Below, in pieces: positions 55,006 to 63,969 of a stretch of 64,000 nucleotides of DNA. Within the stretch, counting starts at the first letter, position 1. Each line of letters starts with the position of its first letter. The stretch lies in the IMG/VR virus record IMGVR_UViG_3300021373_003510, positions 13,942 to 77,941 of that record; one strand, 5' to 3'. A model generated the notes under the pieces. The model did not search any database, was not told where the DNA came from, and saw nothing but the letters and a program-made list of their open reading frames with translations. Source of the DNA: a virus. The translations under genes and the position numbers were made by a program.

Positions 55006-55350
55006 TCATCCTAATGCCACCAAGGATTCTATTTTACAAGATCCCATACTTTTATTTCGGGTTCCTGCATCTAAAAAAGAAATTCTTGTTCCTTCTTTAA
55101 TTCTAGTGCCGTGGGCATAGAGTCCTAGATTATCGTATTCGGAGTTTATAGTTCTATCTATATACTTCTTTACTGGACAATGTTGTATGAATTCACCTTC
55201 ATATACATTTGTTTTTGTATGGAAAAATATTTTTCCTGTCTCAGTAATGTTTATATCTTGTATAGATTTTTGCGAGATGTGGTCTGCTGCCATCGCGGCA
55301 GTAGAGAACAACAGGCTAAACATTACTGATAAAGTTGCTACCTTTATCAT
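55006..55350 (-). CDS. Exported/periplasmic hypothetical protein
   Basis: Signal peptide ending AMA; two Cys; AGGAG RBS. Confidence 0.7.
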   Translation of the reverse strand: MIKVATLSVMFSLLFSTAAMAADHISQKSIQDINITETGKIFFHTKTNVYEGEFIQHCPVKKYIDRTINSEYDNLGLYAHGTRIKEGTRISFLDAGTRNKSMGSCKIESLVALG

Positions 55351-55372
55351 TGGCGTTCTCCTTGTTTGTTTA

Positions 55373-55412
55373 TGTTACACTAATGAAACTGTAATGTTAC
55401 ATTCGTGTTACA
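55373..55412. repeat. 11-bp-phased TGTTACA direct repeats (OmpR/PhoB-like operator candidate)
   Basis: TGTTACA at 55373, 55395 and 55406; degenerate TGAAACT at 55384. Confidence 0.6.
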
Positions 55413-55414
55413 AT

Positions 55415-55422
55415 TATTTATA
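55415..55422 (-). promoter_or_regulatory. Late promoter TATAAATA
   Basis: Exact consensus upstream of the exported protein. Confidence 0.65.
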
Positions 55423-55448
55423 CAAAGAAAACTGTAAAGAGTTGAAAT

Positions 55449-55676
55449 TTATACAACTTTTGGTGGAACTACTGTAGCAAATTGTTTTACTGACTGCAAT
55501 TTATCTTCAGCTTCCGCTAATTTAGCCACTTCTCCATCTATTGTTTCAATAGTACCAGGATGTTCTGCTACTCCAACTCCATTCTCTAAAAATAAAGCAA
55601 TGTTTGCTCTTGCTTCAGAAATTTGAGCTTCGTACTTTGAAATTAAGGCATTAACTAATACTTCTTTAAGTGCCAT
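55449..55676 (-). CDS. Small conserved-type helical hypothetical phage protein
   Basis: 75 aa; ANIALFLENGVGVAEHP; AGGAG RBS. Confidence 0.7.
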   Translation of the reverse strand: MALKEVLVNALISKYEAQISEARANIALFLENGVGVAEHPGTIETIDGEVAKLAEAEDKLQSVKQFATVVPPKVV

Positions 55677-55680
55677 AATA

Positions 55681-56094
55681 TTATTCTCCTTTTAATTTTG
55701 GTAGGATACCATGATTACCTTCATGAGATGGAGCCGTCCATCCTTCAGGTTTCATAAGATCAGGTAATCCTAACGGGTTCGGCCTTCCTTCCTTTACACC
55801 AGGTTCTTTGGCCATATTTGCTTCGAGAACAGAGTCCCAAGCTTTATAAGGGTCGACTCCAAAGGCATCGAGAGTACCGATTGCCACTACACAAAGGTCA
55901 ACTAAACCATCAACGATTTCTTCGGAGTCGATAACTTTTTGAGCATTTCTTGTTTCAGTTAATTCCTCTTCCAAGAAATCTATTCTAAAGCGCAAGAATG
56001 CCTTTAATTGATTTAAGTCTGCGTTTTTAATCCAATCATGCGTTTGGTATTTGGATTGCATTTCATTAATGTCTTTTACCCAATCTTTACTCAT
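55681..56094 (-). CDS. MazG/HisE-superfamily NTP pyrophosphohydrolase; probable start at MSKDW
   Basis: FLEEELTE...EIVDGLVDLCVVAIG; ANMAK; KPEGW. Confidence 0.82.
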   Translation of the reverse strand: MSKDWVKDINEMQSKYQTHDWIKNADLNQLKAFLRFRIDFLEEELTETRNAQKVIDSEEIVDGLVDLCVVAIGTLDAFGVDPYKAWDSVLEANMAKEPGVKEGRPNPLGLPDLMKPEGWTAPSHEGNHGILPKLKGE

Positions 56095-56395
56095 CAGGAT
56101 ATCCTTGTGTAATATAAACGCCAATCATACCAATTTCGCCTTCAGTTAACATGCCTGCTGTTGGCCACATCATTGCAGATTGTGGTCCTACAACTTCTTT
56201 ATTTTTATATGCCAACAATTTAGAAATAATTTCATCAGCAGTTTGTCCTTGAAGTTTAGGTCCTAAACCACCTTGACCTTGAGGTCCGTGGCATGCGGCA
56301 CAAGTATTCATTGTTTGACGAATACTCGCAAACCTATCTTCTGCTACTGCATTTGTTGATAATACCAATGTCAATGCGATAATAAACTTGTTCAT
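56087..56395 (-). CDS. Class I c-type cytochrome (c553-like) with a signal peptide
   Basis: CAACHG haem motif; GPKLQGQ; distal Met in SAMMW. Confidence 0.9.
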   Translation of the reverse strand: MNKFIIALTLVLSTNAVAEDRFASIRQTMNTCAACHGPQGQGGLGPKLQGQTADEIISKLLAYKNKEVVGPQSAMMWPTAGMLTEGEIGMIGVYITQGYPDE

Positions 56396-56607
56396 ATTAA
56401 TTCCCTTAGTTCCATAAAGCCACCAATTGATTCTTCATCAATTGTAATTTGAGGAAAAGTTCTTGCTGTTGGAAACTTTTCAAAAAACTCTTCCTGTGTA
56501 TAATCTACGTTGAGCTGTAGATATTTAAAATCTTTCTTTTTCTGTTCACAAAGTTGTTTTGCCATATTACAATATGCGCAATTGTCTTTTCCGTATATCT
56601 CTATCAT
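56392..56607 (-). CDS. Glutaredoxin
   Basis: CAYC; TFPQI; IGGF. Confidence 0.92.
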   Translation of the reverse strand: MIEIYGKDNCAYCNMAKQLCEQKKKDFKYLQLNVDYTQEEFFEKFPTARTFPQITIDEESIGGFMELRELI

Positions 56608-56894
56608 TGTACTATATGTAAACCGCCGCTATCTGGCATTGCGATTCCCGTCGTTGCTTCAATTACTTGCTTTTTCAATTCATCAGCTGGTTCAACGACA
56701 AACATAACATGTTGTTCACCGATAGTAACTGGATCTCTTTTTGCGTAAGGTACGAAAGGAACCATTCCAATTTTACCTTCACCTGCTGGTACTAACAAGA
56801 TTCCATCGGTTAACGTATAGAAACCTTTGTCATATACCACTTTTGCTACAACCTCTTCACCGGTTGATAGTCTTACAATTTGTACATCACTCAT
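56604..56894 (-). CDS. Small beta-barrel (Sm-like) hypothetical protein
   Basis: VQIVRLSTGEEVVAKV pattern. Confidence 0.6.
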   Translation of the reverse strand: MSDVQIVRLSTGEEVVAKVVYDKGFYTLTDGILLVPAGEGKIGMVPFVPYAKRDPVTIGEQHVMFVVEPADELKKQVIEATTGIAMPDSGGLHIVQ

Positions 56895-56918
56895 TGCTTT
56901 TCTCCTTTAGTGTGGTCC

Positions 56919-56947
56919 ATTATACCACAGTTTAATATAAATGTCAA
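56919..56947 (-). promoter_or_regulatory. Sigma70-type promoter
   Basis: TTGACA-N17-TATAAT, exact. Confidence 0.85.
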
Positions 56948-56951
56948 TAGT

Positions 56952-59504
56952 TTAACTGAAGAAATCTTCAATTGTATTTACCTTTTCTGCTGACCATCCA
57001 ACCGCATCTAGGATCGACTGAATCGGATTCAAGAATACTTTATCAAACTGTAGCTCATAGTCAATATATTCATGAAGACCAAGTTGTTTAGGTAATAGGC
57101 CAGGAACCGATATAACATTTTCTCTTATCGGATTTGGCACTTTAAGATAGAGAAATTTGACTTTGTCTCCACCTTGTATTGTCTCAAACTTTTTATCAAG
57201 TCCTTTCTCTTTAAGGAAATGATTATACATAATTGCACCACGAACATGCATAGGACAACCTTTTCTATATAAGGAAGTCTTGTCTTGATACTTTTTAATA
57301 TTATCAGTGCCTGAAGTTTTTGCGATAGCAACAGGATCAAGCTTGCGAAACTCTTCGCGGAAGTCTTGAATAAAGTCTTGAGTTGTCTTTTCATCGGTAT
57401 TCATAATAACCTCAAAACATTCCTTAAGCTTTTCTCGACAGACCTCAGGAGTCGAAGATCTTACTGATTCCAAACCTGTAACTGATATCTTAGGAGTATC
57501 ATAATGAACTCCTTCAGAATTCAATGTATTTAGGATATACCTTTTCTTAGCAACAAAGATACCGCGGTGAGCAATCTTTTCACGTTTCATCACCATTGCA
57601 TTACGATAAGTACCTAAATCAGCGGCAAGCTTTTCGTAACCGTCTTCAATGATTTGCTCAATTTTTGTTGAGCATACTCTATCAAGGAACTCTTCACCTT
57701 TACTTTTATCAATATCAGTTGTACCAAATACTTCAGTAATCAGAGGACCGAAGTCAACATAGATAGAGTCAGTATCAATATAAATGATATAGTCAGTATC
57801 ATCAGTTCCAAGAATCTTGTTCAAATAATCGTTTACAGATTTTTGAGCATAACGAATAGATAACTGACCACTTGTTGTAATTGCTTCGGCCATTTCGTTA
57901 ATATAGTATAAGAAGTAGATGTTTGCCGTTGCTCCATACAAACTGTTCATAGCAATCTTAATTGACATTTGCGAGTTGTGAAGCTGATTGATTTCACGTT
58001 TCAGTCTTTTTAGTTCAGTACTATCTGTTTCAATTTCAAACTGCTGTTCAGCTGCAATCATTTGCTTTTTGATAACAGAACGGTTATTATAGTATTCATC
58101 AATGATTTCAGGAATGATTCCAAGTTTCTTGTTTGAGAAACAAACACCGTTAGCGGCAACCGATACATCTTTACGATCATTCTGATATTCACCTTTTAGA
58201 ACCATATCCTGAGTTACGTATTCACGATCGTCAGGCATATATGTTTCAGGTGACATATTATATTGTAGCATCAAATGTGGATATAGAGAGTTAAGGTCAA
58301 AAGATACAACCCAAGGATGCATTCCAACTTTAGGATCTTTTACATAACCACCTACGAGATCTCCTGCTCGCATTCCTGGGCCACCTTTAAGTGGAGGAAC
58401 GATCTTGTCTTTAATCAACCTACGATAAATGGTTGATTCCCAAATGCCAACAGTTCCAAAGGCGTCTCCGTAATTAACTCCACCATCATAAGCAACGGTC
58501 ATAACCAAAGCAAGCAATCCTGTTTCTTCTTCAAGTCGAGCAATCAACTGAGTATCTTTCAAATTATAGTCAAGATACAGTTGTGGATTTTCATCATATA
58601 AACCTGTAAGAGAACCATATTCTGAATAGTCAATCTTTTTCTCACCAAGAACAACATAAGCAATATGATCCAACCTATATGATTCTTGAGGACCGTACTT
58701 ATAACCAAATTTCTTGAAAGCATCCATATAGTCAATAACAGCAATACCCATAAGTGAATATGTTGAGTTGACTTTACCAAATACTTCTCGACTTTGCTTT
58801 TTAATTGATTTGTGTGGAGATAGACGTTTAGCAGTTTCTTCTCCAAGCAAACGAATAATCCTCGTGACAATATACATTATGTCAAAGTACTCAACGTTCC
58901 AACCTGTTACAATATCAGGATAGTCGGTTGTCCATAATTTAACAAAGTACTGAAGTAGCTGGACTTCAGAATCAAACTTGACATATTGAATCTTGTCTTG
59001 AGGAATGTCCGTTACCGTTTGTGTCTTGTCGTAATCTTTTTGGCCAAGCAGATAGTAAATATCAGATCTTGAACTATGATAAGCAATTGATGTAATAGGG
59101 TTGTCTGCTTCGTCAATATTAGCAAAGCCATCTCTGATGTCAACCTCAATATCAAACGAAACAATATTCACATGACTTACATCGTATGAAATCTTTTCAG
59201 GATATTCTTCTTGTATGAATTGCGTAATATAATTTGTTGAGCCAAAGATCTTCATACCGTGAACACCTTTGTATTCCTCAATAAAGTTTTTGGCTTCGCG
59301 CATATCGCCGAACTTGTGTGGAGATAATGGTAGGTTACCATCTGTTAAAGACTTATAACCTTCTTCTCCTGCTTTCGGCGTATGAACATATAGAGTTGGT
59401 TGAAACGGTACACGATACGAGAAACGCTTTCCGTTTTCGTAACCACGATGTAGGATATTATTTCCGTACCGCTCAACAGATGTATAGAATTTTGTCAATG
59501 CCAT
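56952..59504 (-). CDS. gp43: Family B DNA polymerase gp43
   Basis: ExoI FDIEV; TGWNVEYFD; SFDLNSLYP; KIAMNSLYG; YIDTDS; KKRY. Confidence 0.97.
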   Translation of the reverse strand: MALTKFYTSVERYGNNILHRGYENGKRFSYRVPFQPTLYVHTPKAGEEGYKSLTDGNLPLSPHKFGDMREAKNFIEEYKGVHGMKIFGSTNYITQFIQEEYPEKISYDVSHVNIVSFDIEVDIRDGFANIDEADNPITSIAYHSSRSDIYYLLGQKDYDKTQTVTDIPQDKIQYVKFDSEVQLLQYFVKLWTTDYPDIVTGWNVEYFDIMYIVTRIIRLLGEETAKRLSPHKSIKKQSREVFGKVNSTYSLMGIAVIDYMDAFKKFGYKYGPQESYRLDHIAYVVLGEKKIDYSEYGSLTGLYDENPQLYLDYNLKDTQLIARLEEETGLLALVMTVAYDGGVNYGDAFGTVGIWESTIYRRLIKDKIVPPLKGGPGMRAGDLVGGYVKDPKVGMHPWVVSFDLNSLYPHLMLQYNMSPETYMPDDREYVTQDMVLKGEYQNDRKDVSVAANGVCFSNKKLGIIPEIIDEYYNNRSVIKKQMIAAEQQFEIETDSTELKRLKREINQLHNSQMSIKIAMNSLYGATANIYFLYYINEMAEAITTSGQLSIRYAQKSVNDYLNKILGTDDTDYIIYIDTDSIYVDFGPLITEVFGTTDIDKSKGEEFLDRVCSTKIEQIIEDGYEKLAADLGTYRNAMVMKREKIAHRGIFVAKKRYILNTLNSEGVHYDTPKISVTGLESVRSSTPEVCREKLKECFEVIMNTDEKTTQDFIQDFREEFRKLDPVAIAKTSGTDNIKKYQDKTSLYRKGCPMHVRGAIMYNHFLKEKGLDKKFETIQGGDKVKFLYLKVPNPIRENVISVPGLLPKQLGLHEYIDYELQFDKVFLNPIQSILDAVGWSAEKVNTIEDFFS

Positions 59505-59529
59505 ATTGCCTTTTTATATTTGAACAACC

Positions 59530-59558
59530 ATTATACACTATTTGACAGCAAATGTCAA
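59530..59558 (-). promoter_or_regulatory. Sigma70-type promoter of gp43, containing a TTGACA-N5-TGTCAA palindrome
   Basis: TTGACA-N17-TATAAT, exact; inverted repeat at 59542-59558. Confidence 0.85.
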
Positions 59559-59563
59559 TAGGT

Positions 59564-61276
59564 TTATGCTGCAAGTTCAGAGAAGTTCTTAATCTTTTCA
59601 AACTTGAGGTTGTTCTCAAACTTTTCTGCGAACTGATCTCCACGATGAGATATCACAAAGATATTGTCATCGGAGTTCAATCCATGTAGAGTCTCAATCA
59701 AACTTTCGATACCTACGCCATCCAAAGCGCCGTCAAGAGTTTCATCAAGTATCAATAGATTAGTCGATACTGAAGATCTTAGTTTAGCAACGGATCTCCA
59801 AGCCAACATAATTGATAATGTGATACGTAGTTTTTCACCTTCGGAAAAACTAGCATAAGTAAATTTGTCTCTGAACCTTGAACGAATTACTTCATCAAAG
59901 TTTTCGTCGAGCTGAAAGTCAACGAACAGATCAAACGCAGCAAGATACTTGTTGATGAGTTTATTAATAACAGGTATGTACTGACTAATAATCTTTGCCT
60001 TAATACCACCGTCTCTTAAAATTGTTTGAACGATATTAAGTACTTCATGTTCGTCAAGTAGCTTTGTTCTAATTTCTGTTTGCTTATCAAGTTTCTTTTG
60101 AAGATTTTTTAGTTTGGTAGTATCAACTTCATCAACTTCTCTCTGAGCATTGTCCAAGTCTTTCTTATATGAAACTAACGCATTCTTAGACATTTTAATT
60201 TCAGCTCGTATTTCAGATATCTTAAAGTTAACTTCTTGAATCTGATCTTCAATTTTTGAGATAGAACTCAAACGATCTTGATGTTTCTTAATGATCTTAT
60301 CAATATCAACTAAACCTTTTTCTATATGAGCCTTTTGTTGATTCTTGTCCATGATCTGTTCTTGTTTGAAATCATGAGCAATACCTTGCTTACAGGTTGG
60401 GCAATCATCATTGTGTTCATAGAAAGATAATTCTTTATCAAATTGAACGCGGCTTCTTTCAAGTTCAGCTCTCTTTTCAGTAGCATCTCCAAACTTTTTC
60501 TTTTCATCAGCCTTATCGGATATATCATCGTATAGTACTTTAAGTATTTCATCTTGAGTATCAATCGTTGAATTCTTTTGTTCAACTTGGTCAATATGTT
60601 CAGACATCTTTTCTTTAATCTTATCAACCTCAACTGTTTTTAATTTACGAATCTCTTCGTTATTTTCTTCAGCCGCCCTTATGTTGTTTTCAATAATCTC
60701 AATGTCATATTTGTTATCGGTGATTGTCTTTTTAATATCAGACATACGATCTTTTGCCAAGGTACCCATAACTGAGAATACTTGAATATCTAATAGGTCT
60801 TCAATAATTTCGCGACGTTGATAGGCTCGCAATTCCATGAAAGGAATATAAGTAGCAGATCCAAGAACAACTATTTGATTAAATGCTTTGAAGTTGATAC
60901 CTAAAATTGATTCTTCAAGGAATGCCTGATAGTCTCGAACCGATGCATCTTGATTAACCATTCCACCGTTCTTCCAAATTTCAAATAGATTTGGTTTGAT
61001 ACCACGAACGATTTTATACTTATCACCACCTGCGCTGAAATATAATTCAACAACAAGTTCTTTATTATTAATAGAATTTACAAGTTGTGCTTTATTAATA
61101 TTACGAAATGGTCGACCATATAGACCAAATACAATTGCATCAAGTAATGTACTTTTGCCTGAACCGTTTGAACCTGCTATAAGTGTACTAGGTACTTGAT
61201 TTAACTCAATGGTTGTATATACATTTCCTGTAGATAAGATGTTTTTATATTTTACCTTCTCAAAATTAATTCTCAT
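59564..61276 (-). CDS. gp46: Recombination ATPase gp46 (Rad50/SbcC-like)
   Basis: GSNGSGKST; CPTC zinc hook; FSEGEK; LILDE. Confidence 0.96.
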   Translation of the reverse strand: MRINFEKVKYKNILSTGNVYTTIELNQVPSTLIAGSNGSGKSTLLDAIVFGLYGRPFRNINKAQLVNSINNKELVVELYFSAGGDKYKIVRGIKPNLFEIWKNGGMVNQDASVRDYQAFLEESILGINFKAFNQIVVLGSATYIPFMELRAYQRREIIEDLLDIQVFSVMGTLAKDRMSDIKKTITDNKYDIEIIENNIRAAEENNEEIRKLKTVEVDKIKEKMSEHIDQVEQKNSTIDTQDEILKVLYDDISDKADEKKKFGDATEKRAELERSRVQFDKELSFYEHNDDCPTCKQGIAHDFKQEQIMDKNQQKAHIEKGLVDIDKIIKKHQDRLSSISKIEDQIQEVNFKISEIRAEIKMSKNALVSYKKDLDNAQREVDEVDTTKLKNLQKKLDKQTEIRTKLLDEHEVLNIVQTILRDGGIKAKIISQYIPVINKLINKYLAAFDLFVDFQLDENFDEVIRSRFRDKFTYASFSEGEKLRITLSIMLAWRSVAKLRSSVSTNLLILDETLDGALDGVGIESLIETLHGLNSDDNIFVISHRGDQFAEKFENNLKFEKIKNFSELAA

Positions 61277-62337
61277 TATAAACTAAGTGCCTCGTGGTAT
61301 AATTCGTCGACTAACGATTTGACTTTTGTCTTATCAACATTTGTCTCTAACGAATCTATATATTGACTTAAGATCTCCGTTGTATCTTTTGTTTCGTCGA
61401 GTATTTCTTCAACGCCTTCTGCGTCCAAATTCATATGATCGTCAACCGCTCGAACATCAACAGCTCCGCATTCTGACATACGACCCATAAACATATCATA
61501 GAGATACGCATTTGTTCTGTTCTGAACAATAACCTTTACATAAGTATCTTTATATTGACTAACATCATAATTAGCAACAGTATCAACTGTCCAATCTGCA
61601 TCGTCATAAAATACTTTATAGAATACACGATTAGGATTTTCAATCTTAATCATTTCTCGAGTTTCAGTATCAAACACATGGAAACCTCGACTACCTTTGT
61701 AATCAGACCATGTCATTTCGTATGGAGATCCAAGGTATTCAACATTACCATATCTTGAAGGATGGTGAAAATGACCAGAGTATGCGGATTCAAAATTCTT
61801 AAATACGTTCATATCTAGTCCATGAGTACATAATGCACCTTTCATCATCTCAAAACCTTTTACTTCAAGGTGTCCCATCAATATATTGGCATCAGAGTTT
61901 CTAACAATCTCAAGATTCTTTTCGCTGTTCTCTTTATTAATCCAAGGAAGCATAAGGAATTTTGTAGATCCTAATGTAAGTTCTTGAGCAATGTCTTGAT
62001 ATAATGTGAACTGAGGATATTCCTTTGTAAGTAGATTCATACTATTGATTTCATTAGTACTTGCATAATATGTATCGTGATTACCAATCAATGCATGGAA
62101 ATCAATATTACGCTTTGCTAATTCATCAAATAGAAACTCTTTACCTTTTTGTAAGGATGCATAGTTAATATACTTTCGGCGATCAAAAGTATCTCCAAGA
62201 TCAAACACAGTAGTAATACCATGTTCATCAATATATGGAAAGAAGACCTCTTGAAAGAATTTTCTTTGGACTTCGTGGAATACTTTAGAATCACCTCTTA
62301 CACCGATGTGTATATCGGTTACGATAGCTATCTTCAT
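61276..62337 (-). CDS. gp47: Recombination nuclease gp47 (Mre11/SbcD-like)
   Basis: TDIHIG; GDTFD; GNHD; GHFH. Confidence 0.96.
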   Translation of the reverse strand: MKIAIVTDIHIGVRGDSKVFHEVQRKFFQEVFFPYIDEHGITTVFDLGDTFDRRKYINYASLQKGKEFLFDELAKRNIDFHALIGNHDTYYASTNEINSMNLLTKEYPQFTLYQDIAQELTLGSTKFLMLPWINKENSEKNLEIVRNSDANILMGHLEVKGFEMMKGALCTHGLDMNVFKNFESAYSGHFHHPSRYGNVEYLGSPYEMTWSDYKGSRGFHVFDTETREMIKIENPNRVFYKVFYDDADWTVDTVANYDVSQYKDTYVKVIVQNRTNAYLYDMFMGRMSECGAVDVRAVDDHMNLDAEGVEEILDETKDTTEILSQYIDSLETNVDKTKVKSLVDELYHEALSL

Positions 62338-62339
62338 AT

Positions 62340-62912
62340 TTAGTTAGCAGCTGCTTCTTTTTCAGCTGTCTCTTTAGGTAGTTGTTGTTGTAAATGTTTA
62401 AGGTAAGCCATAGCAGCCTGGCGCTGTTTGGTAATTTTACCTTTCTTCTTTAATGCTCGATCCCATTTAAGTCGAGACACTTTATCTTTATACACCACTC
62501 CGTATAGGTGGTCAAATTCATGCAAGAAACATCTTGCGGTATAACCTTCAAAAGTACCTGTCTTTTCATTCAGTTCTTCGTCGTACCACTTTGCTTCCAC
62601 TTGACTTGGTCTTGCCATTCTAATAAACATATCAGGATAGCTTAAGCAACCTTCAATATCAAGTTCAGTTTCTTCCGATACACTAATCACTTCAGGATTG
62701 ATAAACATCATCGAGTTTTCTTTATTCTCTCCAATAATAAAAACCTTATGATCCAATCCTACTTGACACGCTGAGAGACCGAGACCTCTTTGCGACTCCA
62801 TTAGAGTAACCATTTGTTCTTTTAATTCTACTGGATCAAATCCTGGATCCTTAAGATTGACGTCTGCCAACTCTCTATGCATAATTGGATCGGAGTGATG
62901 TACTAATTTCAT
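62340..62912 (-). CDS. def: Peptide deformylase
   Basis: GLGLSACQVG; EGCLS; HEFDH. Confidence 0.94.
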   Translation of the reverse strand: MKLVHHSDPIMHRELADVNLKDPGFDPVELKEQMVTLMESQRGLGLSACQVGLDHKVFIIGENKENSMMFINPEVISVSEETELDIEGCLSYPDMFIRMARPSQVEAKWYDEELNEKTGTFEGYTARCFLHEFDHLYGVVYKDKVSRLKWDRALKKKGKITKQRQAAMAYLKHLQQQLPKETAEKEAAAN

Positions 62913-63337
62913 AACTTGCCTTCTTCTCTCATTTTAGCACGAATCTTTGTGGCTGATATTTCATGAACATCTTTACCAAGATCATGCTCTGTAAATGTAT
63001 AACCGACACCGCGACCATAACTAATGTCAACAATGTTCGGTACTGCCATAATCATATACTCTCTGCCTTCTTCATACCCTGCATCACCGAGTCCTTTCTT
63101 GATTCCGTCAATAACAGCAATCTCTCCAAAAGGATTATCGGTTTGAGCAACAGTACGACCAGCACCTGCATCTCCTTCGATACCGTATACTTCACGTACC
63201 ATTATAACAACTTGTCCTGTCAATGTCAAGGCCTTTTCAAATAATTTTGTGTGGCCTTCATGCCAAGGTTGCCATCTTCCCAACATTTGAACTGTTGGTT
63301 TCTTAAAATCGAATTGATTCTCCATGTCAAAATTCAT
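62909..63337 (-). CDS. HxGH nucleotidyltransferase (cytidyltransferase-like)
   Basis: LGRWQPWHEGH; ISATKIR. Confidence 0.82.
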   Translation of the reverse strand: MNFDMENQFDFKKPTVQMLGRWQPWHEGHTKLFEKALTLTGQVVIMVREVYGIEGDAGAGRTVAQTDNPFGEIAVIDGIKKGLGDAGYEEGREYMIMAVPNIVDISYGRGVGYTFTEHDLGKDVHEISATKIRAKMREEGKL

Positions 63338-63549
63338 TATTCTTTAACTCCAAACTTGATGTAATTGTACCAAAGTCTTTCATGTCCATAATACAATACA
63401 AATTTAATAACTAGGTCCGCCAAAAAGACGGCTCCCACAGCCTTCTGAGGTAGGCCAAAATATAACGCGATAAGAGCTGTAGTACAGGATGCAATAATTC
63501 TCCATGTAATAGCTTTACCTAAATGTCTTAACTTTGTGACTTCTGCCAT
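63337..63549 (-). CDS. DUF2061-like small membrane protein
   Basis: RHLGKAITWRIIA...LYYGHERLW. Confidence 0.78.
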   Translation of the reverse strand: MAEVTKLRHLGKAITWRIIASCTTALIALYFGLPQKAVGAVFLADLVIKFVLYYGHERLWYNYIKFGVKE

Positions 63550-63962
63550 TTTGCGAACTCCTTTTCAATGATAGGAGCAAGGACCAAGTCTGTTCTATCT
63601 TTCCATTCTGTTATAATATAATCTACTTCAGTAGGCATTTCGAAGATCTTATTCGTATCTTCAAATCTACCTGCTTTAATTGTGTCCATCCAAATTGTAA
63701 AATCGGCATCAAAGCCATCTCTTGCTTTTTGGAAAGGACAAACGAAATCTGTTATAGCAATTTTACCTGCCATAGATACTCCGTCTGAAAGATGTCTCAT
63801 ACGATTTGCTTGTCTCATTCTACCTTCGTCGGAGAAATCCCAATCGTCGTATGTTTCTCTTACTGTGTCTGCGTTAATCCAAACACCTTCTAACTGCTCT
63901 GCGAGCGGTTGTGCTAACGTACTTTTGCCACTACCTGGCAATCCAAATACTAATACTTTCAT
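63528..63962 (-). CDS. cysC: Adenylylsulfate (APS) kinase-like protein
   Basis: GLPGSGKST; NADTVR..DWDFSDEGRMRQA; DFVCP; FEMP. Confidence 0.78.
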   Translation of the reverse strand: MKVLVFGLPGSGKSTLAQPLAEQLEGVWINADTVRETYDDWDFSDEGRMRQANRMRHLSDGVSMAGKIAITDFVCPFQKARDGFDADFTIWMDTIKAGRFEDTNKIFEMPTEVDYIITEWKDRTDLVLAPIIEKEFAKWQKSQS

Positions 63963-63969
63963 AAACTCC

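Noticed and set aside
56952-61276. Inteins or group I introns in gp43 or gp46
   Set aside because: Lengths are normal, motifs are continuous, and no splice or homing-endonuclease signatures were seen.
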